A stretch of 64,000 nucleotides of DNA from a virus: IMG/VR virus record IMGVR_UViG_3300009788_000088; one strand, 5' to 3'. Below the pieces are notes generated by a model. It saw only the letters and a list, made by a program, of their open reading frames with translations, was not told the origin of the DNA and searched no databases. Shown here one piece after another: positions 37,915 through 47,108 of this stretch. How positions within the stretch are numbered: position 1 is the first letter of the stretch; each line of letters begins with the position of its first letter. A program made the translations under genes and the position numbers.

Positions 37915-38547
37915 ATGCGTCCGTTAAAACTTATCACAGAATCAATCCCATATGACATGATTGAGCGGGAATACATTGAAGAATCGGATCAGATGTTCTT
38001 CAGTGGACCTTTTGTGGATTTTGCCAAGAATCGTAATGGCCGAAGGTACGTCAGAGATGACATGCTGAAAGAGGCTGAACGGTATACCAAGGAAGCCATC
38101 GATACCAAAATGGCGTGGGGAGAGTTGGACCATCCTCAGTCAACCACAATTAATGCTTCCAATGTTTCTCACATCATCACTCAGCTTATCCCAGAAGAAA
38201 ATTACATTACCGGGAAGGCCAAGATAGTTAATACAGAGAAAGGCAAAATTGCCAAGATTCTTATGAAAGAAGGGAACGTGGGTATTTCTACCCGTGGTGT
38301 GGGAGAGGTTTTAAAAGATGGTGTGGTTGCTAATTACAGGTGGATCGCCTCTGATTTGGTGTTGAATCCATCTGGCTTGAACTGTTACGTGGAAATCGTT
38401 CATGAGAATATTGATTATATGATTGAGAATGGAATGATTATCGAAGCAAGCAAACTTCATGCCAAACAGAAATCTGCTCAACAATACCGGGAAGAACTTC
38501 TGGAACAGATGGCAAAATTCTTCAAGAGTTTGAAGGTTGAGGTTTAA
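37915..38547 (+). CDS. gp21: prohead protease (gp21)
   Basis: KNRNGRRY...GELDHP...VSH.I...GISTRGVG...DLVLNPS. Confidence 0.95.
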   Translation: MRPLKLITESIPYDMIEREYIEESDQMFFSGPFVDFAKNRNGRRYVRDDMLKEAERYTKEAIDTKMAWGELDHPQSTTINASNVSHIITQLIPEENYITGKAKIVNTEKGKIAKILMKEGNVGISTRGVGEVLKDGVVANYRWIASDLVLNPSGLNCYVEIVHENIDYMIENGMIIEASKLHAKQKSAQQYREELLEQMAKFFKSLKVEV

Positions 38548-38548
38548 G

Positions 38549-38824
38549 ATGAGAACCTTTAATGACCTTCATGAACTCATTACAGAAGCTGTTGCCATGA
38601 CGTTGGACCCGGAAGACATGAAGTTAGTAGATCAACAAAAAGAATCTTTAAAACATATTCATGCCGCCATGGAATCATTGAAAGGTAATATTTCCAAGAT
38701 GAGTGGGGTGGATGTTAGAGATGTAATAAAAAGTTTGAAAGCGGCTAAGAATCGTATCGAAAAGAACTTGTCATTTATTGACAGGGTGTTTGGAAAAAGT
38801 GGCCGAAACATTAGAGCGGCTTAA
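38549..38824 (+). CDS. hypothetical head-associated protein with capsid-targeting-like N-terminus
   Basis: Probable start MRTFNDLHELITEA; between gp21 and gp22. Confidence 0.6.
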   Translation: MRTFNDLHELITEAVAMTLDPEDMKLVDQQKESLKHIHAAMESLKGNISKMSGVDVRDVIKSLKAAKNRIEKNLSFIDRVFGKSGRNIRAA

Positions 38825-38838
38825 ACACCGGGAACTGT

Positions 38839-38853
38839 TATAAATACTTAAAA
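38839..38853 (+). promoter_or_regulatory. late promoter
   Basis: TATAAATACTTAAAA. Confidence 0.85.
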
Positions 38854-38892
38854 CGTAACTTACATTATTATCACCCCTAAAAGGAGATTACC

Positions 38893-39648
38893 ATGTTTGA
38901 CGAACTTCTAAAAAAATTGCGGGAAATGGATAAAGATGGGGAGGTTGTCAATGAGGAATTCGTTGCCAGTCTGAAAACCATCTTTGAAGCCGCTGTTACG
39001 GAAGCTACAGACAAGGCGCTGGAAGAAAAGAAAGTTGAACTTGAAGAAGCACAGGAAAAAGCTATCGAAGAGTTCAGGGTTGACACTCTCCAGCAACTGG
39101 ATGAATACCTTAACTACGTTGTGACCGAGTACATGGATGATAACCGTGTATCCATCGAAGAAGGTCTCCGTGGTCAACTGGCTCTTGAGACGGTTGAGAA
39201 GGTAACTTCTGTACTGACCGAAGCGGGTATTAAAGTGGACGATGAATCCAAAGACGCATTGACTGCGGCGGAGGAAAAAATCAAGGAACTCAAAGAATCA
39301 ACAGATAAAATGTTCGAACAGAAATTAGAGGCTGATCAAGCTCTGGTTTCTGAACGTGCCCTCCGTGTTTTTAATGAGGAAACACAGGAACTGACGGATG
39401 AGCAAGTTATTAAAACCGTTAAGCTCTGTGAGGATTTTGATGTTGATGACGCCGAAGAGTTCCGTTCAAAGGTGAAGGTTATCGTGGAAACGGTTGCCAA
39501 TGCCAAACCGGAGGAAAAACCGGAAGACATAGTGGAAGAAGGCTTGAAAGACCCGAAGCCAGAACCCCACGAGGATGATGAAGTACCTCCGGGAGACAAG
39601 CGGGTTAACGCCGCAAAAGACAAACTATCCGAATTGCATTTCGGTTAG
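38893..39648 (+). CDS. gp22: prohead core scaffold (gp22)
   Basis: EEF...TIFEAAV...LDEYLNYVV.EYM.DN..SIE.G...; Glu-rich coiled coil before the capsid gene. Confidence 0.92.
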   Translation: MFDELLKKLREMDKDGEVVNEEFVASLKTIFEAAVTEATDKALEEKKVELEEAQEKAIEEFRVDTLQQLDEYLNYVVTEYMDDNRVSIEEGLRGQLALETVEKVTSVLTEAGIKVDDESKDALTAAEEKIKELKESTDKMFEQKLEADQALVSERALRVFNEETQELTDEQVIKTVKLCEDFDVDDAEEFRSKVKVIVETVANAKPEEKPEDIVEEGLKDPKPEPHEDDEVPPGDKRVNAAKDKLSELHFG

Positions 39649-39672
39649 AGACGGTAACCCAAGAGAAAGTAT

Positions 39673-39687
39673 TATAAATACTTTAAA
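39673..39687 (+). promoter_or_regulatory. late promoter for the major capsid gene
   Basis: TATAAATACTTTAAA. Confidence 0.85.
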
Positions 39688-39720
39688 ACAACACCTTCAC
39701 TATTAAAAGGAGATAAATAG

Positions 39721-41139
39721 ATGGATGCCAAAGACCTTAAGCTCCTGATGGAAAAATGGGATGACGTGATTAATCACGAAGCTGTCCCGGAAATCAAGGG
39801 GTATCATAAACGTCAAGTTACGGCTATCCTGATGGAGAATCAAGAGAAGTTCCTTGCGGAATCTTCTTTGAGCGGCGACATCGCCAGATTCGAACCCGTT
39901 CTGATTCCTATCATCCGCCGTGTATTCCCCAACCTTATTGCCCATGAGATGGTGGCCGTTCAGCCGATGAACATGCCATCCGGTCTGGCCTTCGCCATGC
40001 GGTATCGCTACGTAGGCGATGATGAGCCAACCACCGGAGTGCCTTCAGCCCCGGCCGACCCATCAAGTGGTACACGTGGTGAGCCCACGGATAATCCGGT
40101 TATCCTGACGTTGGCCGATGCAACACTTTTTGTGTACGGAACACCGGTTTCAACTACGGGTGATGCGGCCACAGGTGTTGTGGCCTACAAGGAAGGTAAC
40201 AACGTTCTTATCACGACAGTGACGGGTGTTTTCGCCGCTGGTGATGATATTGATGATGCCCTTACCTTCGGGGCCGCCGCAACAACTGTTTCAGCGGTTT
40301 ACACCAACGAAGCCGGGTTCAACTTCATTCTGGAGGGCTATTCCGGTTCGTATACCACAGCAGAAGCTGAAAAGCTCCGTAAGGATATGCGTGAGCTTGG
40401 TCTGAGTGTTGAGTCCACACCAATTACCGCCAAGTCACGGGCGCTCAAAGCGCAGTACAGCGTTGAGTCGGCACAAGACCTGAAAGCGGTTCATGGTCTG
40501 GACATCGAAAGTGAACTGGCAACCGTGCTGGCCTACGAAATCCAGCAAGAGATTGACAGGGAGCTTATCGAGGTCATTGATGCTCAGGCGGAATTGAACT
40601 ATCCAGTTTCTTACGACATCAGTTGGGATTACACAACTGCTGATGGTCGGTGGGAGCAAGAAAAATTCCGTGGTCTGTATACTCGTTGTGTAGCGGCCGC
40701 TAACCAGATTGCCACAGCCACAAGGCGTGGTGCTGGTAACTTCCTCATCGTATCCAGTGATACGGCGACTATTCTGGAAAGTCTGAACAACTTTACTGCT
40801 TCGCCTGTACAGGAAGACGTGAACGCCATCTCAATCGGCGTGGCTGTCATCGGTACAATAGGTGGACGCTTTAAAGTTATCAAGGACACATTCCGGACAG
40901 ACCCGAACATCCTTGTCGGATATCGTGGTGGAGCGGTCAGCGACGTGGGCGTAGTTTACAGCCCGTATGTACCACTTCAGATGATGCAAGCTGTTGAGCC
41001 TGACGGCTTCCAGCCCCGTATCGGCTTCAAAACCCGTTACGCCATCACCACTGACTTCGGTACTGAAGATTCACGTGATTACTACCGTAAGGTAGAGGTT
41101 GCAGGAATCGACTGGAGCGCAATGATAGCATCAACATAA
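39721..41139 (+). CDS. gp23: major capsid protein (gp23)
   Basis: LMEKW...TAILMENQ...PVLIPIIRRVFPNLIA...VQPM..PSGLAFAMR...AKSRALKAQYSVESAQDLKAVHGLD...TRRGAGNF...FQPRIGFKTRY. Confidence 0.98.
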   Translation: MDAKDLKLLMEKWDDVINHEAVPEIKGYHKRQVTAILMENQEKFLAESSLSGDIARFEPVLIPIIRRVFPNLIAHEMVAVQPMNMPSGLAFAMRYRYVGDDEPTTGVPSAPADPSSGTRGEPTDNPVILTLADATLFVYGTPVSTTGDAATGVVAYKEGNNVLITTVTGVFAAGDDIDDALTFGAAATTVSAVYTNEAGFNFILEGYSGSYTTAEAEKLRKDMRELGLSVESTPITAKSRALKAQYSVESAQDLKAVHGLDIESELATVLAYEIQQEIDRELIEVIDAQAELNYPVSYDISWDYTTADGRWEQEKFRGLYTRCVAAANQIATATRRGAGNFLIVSSDTATILESLNNFTASPVQEDVNAISIGVAVIGTIGGRFKVIKDTFRTDPNILVGYRGGAVSDVGVVYSPYVPLQMMQAVEPDGFQPRIGFKTRYAITTDFGTEDSRDYYRKVEVAGIDWSAMIAST

Positions 41140-41165
41140 ACCACCCCAGCGCCATAAAGTCAGCC

Positions 41166-41195
41166 AAAGGCCCCCCAATTTGGGGGGCCTTTTTT
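41166..41195 (+). terminator. intrinsic terminator after gp23
   Basis: AAAGGCCCCCC-AATTT-GGGGGGCCTTT-TTT. Confidence 0.9.
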
Positions 41196-41229
41196 ATTGT
41201 AACAAAACTGTTTGGATGTGTTAAAGTAT

Positions 41230-41244
41230 TATAAATACTTAAAA
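41230..41244 (+). promoter_or_regulatory. late promoter
   Basis: TATAAATACTTAAAA. Confidence 0.85.
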
Positions 41245-41343
41245 GTTGCATTAATATGGTTAGTTGCACCCGTGTGCAACTTGTCTAATTAATACAACTT
41301 GACTAGATGAGCCAAGTCCTTAATTTAAACAAGGAGAATTATT

Positions 41344-41970
41344 ATGACAGGCAATTTTAGATTTATTGGTGATCGCCCCATGAACCTACGGGGTCGTGAT
41401 GGTCTGGTGTACTCTTTCAAACCCGGTGATATTACGGATGAACTTGCATCAGTAGTTGTCAAGTTCCCCCGGCTCTTCTCAGCAATTGAAGAAATCGTGG
41501 AGACTCCAGCACAGGCGGAAGCTTTGGCCGAAGTCACACCATCAATTCCTGTAGTAGAAGCTGATGGTGCAGGAGAAGAGGGAGCGCCAGAGGTGTTGAC
41601 GGATACCGACCCGGACGTGCCTACTGCGGAATCTAACCTTCCCACAGGTGCGAAAGCTGATGGTGCAGGAGAAGAGGGAGCGCCAGAGGTGTTGACGGAT
41701 ACCGACCCGGACAAATCTACTGTGGAATCAGAATTTCCCACAGGTGATGAGAATCCGAAACCGGAAAAGGAAGCTACCGTTGTTCCAGAAATTTTAACTG
41801 AAGTAACCGATCCTTCGTCTGGAAAGGGTATTATAGACGGGTTACACACGGGTATACCTATGAATATTCTCCGTGAGCTTGGTAAAGAACTGGGCGTAAA
41901 AACGGGCCATGTTTCCAAGGAAACTCTCATCACCTCTATCAGAGAGGCAAAGAAAAATGAGAACCCTTAA
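41344..41970 (+). CDS. acidic low-complexity protein with C-terminal Rho-N/HeH-like motif
   Basis: C-terminal LRELGKELGVKTGHVSKETLITSI; internal 32-aa tandem duplication. Confidence 0.65.
   Translation: MTGNFRFIGDRPMNLRGRDGLVYSFKPGDITDELASVVVKFPRLFSAIEEIVETPAQAEALAEVTPSIPVVEADGAGEEGAPEVLTDTDPDVPTAESNLPTGAKADGAGEEGAPEVLTDTDPDKSTVESEFPTGDENPKPEKEATVVPEILTEVTDPSSGKGIIDGLHTGIPMNILRELGKELGVKTGHVSKETLITSIREAKKNENP
41558..41746 (+). repeat. 96-bp-period tandem duplication, first 59 bp identical
   Basis: AAGCTGATGGTGCAGGAGAAGAGGGAGCGCCAGAGGTGTTGACGGATACCGACCCGGAC at 41558 and 41654. Confidence 0.9.
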
Positions 41971-42679
41971 AGACATCAACAAACTCATTCAGGAAGCGGA
42001 AAAGAAGGAAAAGGAAGATAAAAATCCTAAAGACCCTTCTGATGTTGTCACACAAGATGACGCTGACAAAACCTTAGAAGAGCCTGAGCTTGAAACTGAC
42101 CGGAAGACGGAGAAGGAAAAGAAGACCGCCGGGAAAGTTGCTGACAAGCAGGATGAGCTTGATAAGATAAAGACCAAGGATGATTCTGCCAAAACGAAGG
42201 GTAATAAACCCTTTATCAAGGTGAAAGAATCTGATGAGTCTCTTGATGAAGAGGATATCTCCGATGAAGAGGTGGAAAGTATCCTTGACCAGATTGAAAA
42301 GGGTGAGCTTCCTGATGATATTGATGATGAGGAAGATGAGGAAGAGGATGAGGATTCAGATTGGGCGGAGTATATCGAACTCAGCGAAGATCAGGATTAT
42401 GAAGACATCATGGAATCATTGGAAGAACTGGATGAGGCCATTATCCGTAAGCGGGTATTCCGCCGGACAAAGACTGGCGCTATCAGGAAAGTTTTGAAGC
42501 TGGTTTCATCCAATCCCCGGTCCAAGGTTGTAGGGGGAAAAGAAAGACCCATGTCAGCCACGGAAAGGCGTAAGAGGGCAATGGGTGCTAAACGCCGTGG
42601 CCGGAAAAAAGGTCTTATGAGGAAAGCGGCACGTAGAGCCAAAATGACCAGAAAGTCCAGATTACGTATGAAGGGGTAA
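41957..42679 (+). CDS. gp68: prohead core protein, gp68-like
   Basis: Probable start MRTLKDINKLIQEAE; acidic middle; Arg/Lys-rich C-terminus MSATERRKRAMGAKR...AARRAKMTRKSR like T4 gp68. Confidence 0.65.
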   Translation: MRTLKDINKLIQEAEKKEKEDKNPKDPSDVVTQDDADKTLEEPELETDRKTEKEKKTAGKVADKQDELDKIKTKDDSAKTKGNKPFIKVKESDESLDEEDISDEEVESILDQIEKGELPDDIDDEEDEEEDEDSDWAEYIELSEDQDYEDIMESLEELDEAIIRKRVFRRTKTGAIRKVLKLVSSNPRSKVVGGKERPMSATERRKRAMGAKRRGRKKGLMRKAARRAKMTRKSRLRMKG

Positions 42680-42712
42680 CCCCCACAAGAATTAATTTTA
42701 AGCACTTTTCCC

Positions 42713-42750
42713 AACCCCCCGCCATCTTCATTGATGCCGGGGGGTTTTTT
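42713..42750 (+). terminator. intrinsic terminator
   Basis: AACCCCCCG...CGGGGGGTT followed by T tract. Confidence 0.75.
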
Positions 42751-42752
42751 CA

Positions 42753-42767
42753 TATAAATACTTAAAA
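42753..42767 (+). promoter_or_regulatory. late promoter
   Basis: TATAAATACTTAAAA. Confidence 0.85.
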
Positions 42768-42782
42768 CTAAGGAGGAACATT

Positions 42783-43088
42783 GTGACCAGAAAATTTAAA
42801 GACCTTCGAAACATTCTTGAAAAGGTTGGCGTTGATGAAGAAACTATTGATGAAGCCGCCGCCGTCGCCGCATTGTTTGATCAAGATAATGTTGCCAAAA
42901 AGATGCATGATATTATGTCGGACACGAAAGAGGCTTTACGCCGAGTTGATGATATCAAAAAGTTGATCATTAAGATGGGCGGTGGAAATGTTGGTGGAGA
43001 TACGATGGTAGGAAGGGCTATATCTTCTCTGGAAAAAACCATGAAAACCATCCAGAAAGACACAAAACCTTTTGCCAGATATTATTAA
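42783..43088 (+). CDS. hypothetical protein (possible internal head protein)
   Basis: AGGAGG RBS, GTG start; MTRKFKDLRNILE. Confidence 0.65.
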   Translation: MTRKFKDLRNILEKVGVDEETIDEAAAVAALFDQDNVAKKMHDIMSDTKEALRRVDDIKKLIIKMGGGNVGGDTMVGRAISSLEKTMKTIQKDTKPFARYY

Positions 43089-43099
43089 AGAGGTGAACT

Positions 43100-43837
43100 A
43101 TGCAACGTGTCAATACTGTCCAAGAACTGGAGCAGTACGTCCTACGAAAATTGGGTTCTCCACTTATCAACGTTGAAATTTCTGAAGACCAACTTAGAGA
43201 TGCCGTGGATGATGCTCTCCAATATTTCATGGAAGAGTCTTATGAGGGGTCTGTAGAGAAAGTCTATCTTTTAGATACTTCCGTCAAGGCCACTGAGTAT
43301 GACATGCCGTCCAATATATTGGCGGTTACTCATATGGTGAGGTGGGGTGATGAGAGTACCAGTCTAGGAGATTCAGAAAACCTCTGGAGCGTATCTAACA
43401 TCCTCCTTGTAGACGGTCTGTTGGACCCGTCTTTGGTTGCAGGGTCTTTGGGATATATGCAGACAGTCAATGAGTATCTGGCCAACCTGAAATACATGTT
43501 TACGTCGAACAGACAAATATTTGATTTTAGTCCAGCATCAGGAAAAGTTTACTTCACAGAAAAACCTCCAGAGAACGTTACTGTTCTTCGGGTGATCGAA
43601 ACCATTGATGGAACGGATGCTCCCAACTTGTACAACCACAGATGGATTAAAGCTTACTCCATTGCTCTGGCCAAGATTCAATGGGGCGGTCATCTTTCCA
43701 AGTTCACCGTAACAATGCCCGGTGGTACAACTGTTAATGCTGAGGCAATCAAACAAGATGGTGAAGAGAAAAAGAAGGAGTTGGAGGATGAACTGTATGA
43801 CAAATACAGTGCCCCGGCCGACTTCATCATGATGTAA
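43100..43837 (+). CDS. gp13: neck protein gp13
   Basis: ELEQYVLRKLGSPLINVEISEDQL.DAVDDALQYF...YNHRWIKAY..AL.KIQWG..L.KF...PGG. Confidence 0.95.
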   Translation: MQRVNTVQELEQYVLRKLGSPLINVEISEDQLRDAVDDALQYFMEESYEGSVEKVYLLDTSVKATEYDMPSNILAVTHMVRWGDESTSLGDSENLWSVSNILLVDGLLDPSLVAGSLGYMQTVNEYLANLKYMFTSNRQIFDFSPASGKVYFTEKPPENVTVLRVIETIDGTDAPNLYNHRWIKAYSIALAKIQWGGHLSKFTVTMPGGTTVNAEAIKQDGEEKKKELEDELYDKYSAPADFIMM

Positions 43838-43853
43838 ATAAAAGGAGCAGTAA

Positions 43854-44381
43854 ATGAAAACAAAATTTGCGGATATTAATGATGCAATGTCTCATGTTCA
43901 GGGTGCAAAGGTCTTAATGGAGTGTTTGGAATGTCGCAAGAGCTTTAACAAAGCCAACCCAAATGATCATACCAAATGCCCCAAATGCGGAGACAATAAT
44001 GTCAAGGTTATGGAAGAAGTGGTTCCTAAAACGCCTGTAGAAGAGGCTTTTGATTTCAAACTCAAGGACATGGTGTTTACCGCATGGGAACAAGCCAAGA
44101 AGGTTGGAGAAAAGAAAGCGCAACAGGTTCTTGGCAAACTTTTGAAAAATGCTGGATACGGTGACCTACTGGAAGGTGAAGAGTCGGAAGAGGTCATTGA
44201 AGAGGCCAAGATAGAGGGGAGTTTAATCAGGGGAGGCAAAAAGGATAATATGAGAATTAACAAAGTGACCGTAAAAAAGAATGGCCTCTTTTTTGATATT
44301 TCTCATCTCATCGGAACTTCCATCGAAGATTCTTTTGAGGCTGACGTAAGTCTCAAGCAGATGGCCAAGTACGTAAAGTAG
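43854..44381 (+). CDS. hypothetical protein with zinc ribbon (CLEC...CPKC)
   Basis: Two CxxC pairs; AAGGAG RBS. Confidence 0.65.
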   Translation: MKTKFADINDAMSHVQGAKVLMECLECRKSFNKANPNDHTKCPKCGDNNVKVMEEVVPKTPVEEAFDFKLKDMVFTAWEQAKKVGEKKAQQVLGKLLKNAGYGDLLEGEESEEVIEEAKIEGSLIRGGKKDNMRINKVTVKKNGLFFDISHLIGTSIEDSFEADVSLKQMAKYVK

Positions 44382-44404
44382 TTGAAAGTTAATTAGGAGC
44401 CCAA

Positions 44405-45043
44405 ATGCCCCTGAAGTGGCCATACCGAAAACCTGATACCTTCGATTTTTACAGGGACCGGGTACAGAACGAAGCCGATCTCTTAGAATCTTTGATGAAT
44501 GAGGTGGTGGAGAAGTATGGCATTCCAGCCAAATATCTCCCGGCCACCCGAAGAAACGTAGATCAACTTCTGGGTGATAACCTTGACACCATCTTTGACA
44601 CAGCGGTTGACGTAGTTCTTTTAACACCAGAGGTTAACGGGTACGTGTCAACGGAATTCATGTTTAATAAGTTTGGTTTGACTGATCGGGACGAGATCAC
44701 TTTCACAGTTGTCCAAACCCAATTCGATGAAATAGTTGGACAAGTACCAGAGGTTGGAGACCTTATTTATCCATCACCCATCGGCCGTATTTATGAAGTA
44801 AAATTCGTAGAGGATGAGGGTGATACTTTCTTAACTCTTGGAAGATTTTTAACCTATCAGTTCCTATGTCGTGTCTGGATTTATAGCCACGAAGACTTGC
44901 AGACAGGGGTGCCAGAGGTTGACCAACATGATGGCCAACTTGATAATCTCCGGCCGGGTGTTCCAAAAGATGATGATATTGCCAACGAGAAAATTCCTGT
45001 GGTTGATTACAGTGAAGATGATCCGTTTGGGGAGTTGGGGTAA
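44405..45043 (+). CDS. gp14: neck protein gp14
   Basis: NEADLLESL..E....YG....YLP...D.LLGD...KFGL...P.VGDLIY...YEVKFVEDE...LG...YSHE...TG..EVD...DPFG. Confidence 0.93.
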   Translation: MPLKWPYRKPDTFDFYRDRVQNEADLLESLMNEVVEKYGIPAKYLPATRRNVDQLLGDNLDTIFDTAVDVVLLTPEVNGYVSTEFMFNKFGLTDRDEITFTVVQTQFDEIVGQVPEVGDLIYPSPIGRIYEVKFVEDEGDTFLTLGRFLTYQFLCRVWIYSHEDLQTGVPEVDQHDGQLDNLRPGVPKDDDIANEKIPVVDYSEDDPFGELG

Positions 45044-45249
45044 TGTCAGCGCAAGCTATAATTATAGAAGGAGATTGTCCAACTTGTAAAGGGTCTGGTA
45101 AGTTTTTTATGGGTATTTGTTCGTTTTGTAAAGGAACAAAAAGATATCAATATCGTATAATGGGACAATTTCTTCCTTATTTATTAACCGCAGTCCCGTG
45201 CGACTGCAACGAAAAGGACTGCTTACACCGTCCACAAACAGGAGGCTAA
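45043..45249 (+). CDS. small DnaJ-type zinc-finger protein (CxxCxGxG twice)
   Basis: CPTCKGSG...CSFCKGT; TAATG coupling. Confidence 0.6.
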   Translation: MSAQAIIIEGDCPTCKGSGKFFMGICSFCKGTKRYQYRIMGQFLPYLLTAVPCDCNEKDCLHRPQTGG

Positions 45250-45250
45250 A

Positions 45251-45646
45251 ATGGAATACAAAGGATTTCCAGATTGGAATTTTTCAACATCCCCGTTCCC
45301 ACCTAAAGGGTGGAGGGCCAGATTAAAGTATTGGCTCAAAGGCGGAGATGCCCACCTTGCCATGTATCATGCGGGTTTTAATAGTCGGAAAGAGTGGTTC
45401 GCTGATCAGAAGGAGCTTGAGGAAGAGCGCCAACTAGATAGTGGTGGAGATGTTTCTGCTTCTGGCGGTAGTGATGTTGGCGGAGATGCTGGTGGCGATG
45501 CTGGTGGCGATGCTGGTGGCGATGCTGGTGGAAACGCTGGCGGTGGTAAAGGCGGCGGACGTGGTGGTGGAGTTGGCGGCGGCCGTGGAAGTGGTAAAGG
45601 CGGCGGAGTTGGTGGAGGTCGTGGAGGCGGAAAAGGTCATAAATAA
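45251..45646 (+). CDS. protein with Gly-rich low-complexity tail (GGDA repeats, then GGRG/GGKG)
   Basis: GGAGG RBS; 12-bp GGCGATGCTGGT repeats at about 45481-45540; TAATG coupling to gp15. Confidence 0.65.
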   Translation: MEYKGFPDWNFSTSPFPPKGWRARLKYWLKGGDAHLAMYHAGFNSRKEWFADQKELEEERQLDSGGDVSASGGSDVGGDAGGDAGGDAGGDAGGNAGGGKGGGRGGGVGGGRGSGKGGGVGGGRGGGKGHK

Positions 45647-46350
45647 TGGCATTTTTTTATCACAGTATCATACGTAAAAACTTTGTAGCATTTATGTCGA
45701 TGTTCGATAATATTCATATTAATCGATTCGACAATCTTGGTGCTGTGACCAAAGACATCAAGGTGCCTATCAGCTTTGATATGAAACATAAGATGGTTAT
45801 ATGGGTCACCCAGATAGTGACGGAGAGCATAGGGAACGTGCTTCCCCGGCTCTCCGTCCAATTTAACTCCATCCAACATGATCCGGATAGACGGCTTAAT
45901 CCATTTAACAAAATTATAGAAGACCCCGTAGCTGGGTTTAGAGATTTTACATTCCAACCAGCGCCTTACAATATTGGAATAACGCTCTCGCTCTGGACTA
46001 TTAAAATGACGGATGCTCTTCAAATCATTGAACAGATTGCTCAAGGGTTCAATCCCAAGAGGAATGTCACTGTAAACGAATTTCCGTTATTGGGAGTAGC
46101 CCATGACGTGGAGGTCATCATGGAAAGTATCTCTCCAGAAATGACCTTTCGTGATCTAACAGAAACAGATGAACGGGTGTTAGAGTTTTCGTTTGATTTC
46201 ATTATGAAAACTCATCTATATCCAGAACTTGGGAATGAAGGGCTTATCACAGAAATTGAACTTATGATTTCTCAGGGAATATCTCCAACCAAGGAAATTG
46301 AACTTGTAACTATAACAGAGTTTGAAACAACGATAACTGACCCACCATGA
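45646..46350 (+). CDS. gp15: tail sheath stabilizer / completion protein gp15
   Basis: FYHSIIRK..VAF..MFDNI...IKVPISF..K.K...LPRLS.....IQHDP.R.LN...PAPYNI...L.......DALQIIEQI. Confidence 0.93.
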   Translation: MAFFYHSIIRKNFVAFMSMFDNIHINRFDNLGAVTKDIKVPISFDMKHKMVIWVTQIVTESIGNVLPRLSVQFNSIQHDPDRRLNPFNKIIEDPVAGFRDFTFQPAPYNIGITLSLWTIKMTDALQIIEQIAQGFNPKRNVTVNEFPLLGVAHDVEVIMESISPEMTFRDLTETDERVLEFSFDFIMKTHLYPELGNEGLITEIELMISQGISPTKEIELVTITEFETTITDPP

Positions 46351-47108
46351 TAAGATTTAAGGAGTCATTAGACGTGATTATAGAAGCCGCTATTCAGTCT
46401 GACACTGGGTGGGTGAAATCACGTCTGGTCAAACTGGAGAAACAGTTTAAGGCTATTGTAAAAGGTATGGGAATACCATCGGCTAAGGGGATCACGGCTG
46501 GGAATAAAAAGTTAGCTGATTTGTTGCTGAAGGCGTTTATTAATGATGGTGTTTTTATCGGGTATAATCACAACGGAATGTCCTCAAACGAAGATGAGAA
46601 TGAGGTAGGGTTGAATGGCGGATTCACGGCTGTGGGGGAGAAAACTCCCATCATGGTTGTCTATGTAAATAAGAATTTATGGCAAGCCGCTCTGACACCA
46701 AATAACTGGCGTTATTTTGTTGAGAGGTTCGCTAACATTGTAGGACACGAACAGGTACACCGGACTCAACATGCACGGGCCAAGTCCGCCGGGAAACATA
46801 TGGAATTGGTTCGACAGTTTAATCTACCGACACCCGGTAAGACAGAACAGGAAAAACTTGAAGCGTACCTGTCCAATAAATATGAACTTTCAGCGTGGGC
46901 AACCACAGCTTTTAATGAACTGGTAGGAAGAGGATATACCAACGAAGAAATATTACGTATTATTCAGAAACCTTTCCAGAATCTTAGAGGGTTAGAATCC
47001 TCTAATGCTCTAATGACTTATCTGGATTATTTCGATTTAAAGAATCCAGTCATGAAGAGATTTATGAAGGTAATGTTCCAACTGGCCAAGGGAGAAGGAC
47101 GGCTATGA
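46347..47108 (+). CDS. putative HExxH metallopeptidase-like internal protein, paralog A
   Basis: MIRFKESLDVIIEA start; VGHEQVHRTQ...YLSNKYELSAWA. Confidence 0.6.
   Translation: MIRFKESLDVIIEAAIQSDTGWVKSRLVKLEKQFKAIVKGMGIPSAKGITAGNKKLADLLLKAFINDGVFIGYNHNGMSSNEDENEVGLNGGFTAVGEKTPIMVVYVNKNLWQAALTPNNWRYFVERFANIVGHEQVHRTQHARAKSAGKHMELVRQFNLPTPGKTEQEKLEAYLSNKYELSAWATTAFNELVGRGYTNEEILRIIQKPFQNLRGLESSNALMTYLDYFDLKNPVMKRFMKVMFQLAKGEGRL

Noticed and set aside
45434-45677. Repetitive ORFs (AMLV)n and (SIAT)n
   Set aside because: Other frames of the 12-bp Gly-rich repeat in 45251..45646.
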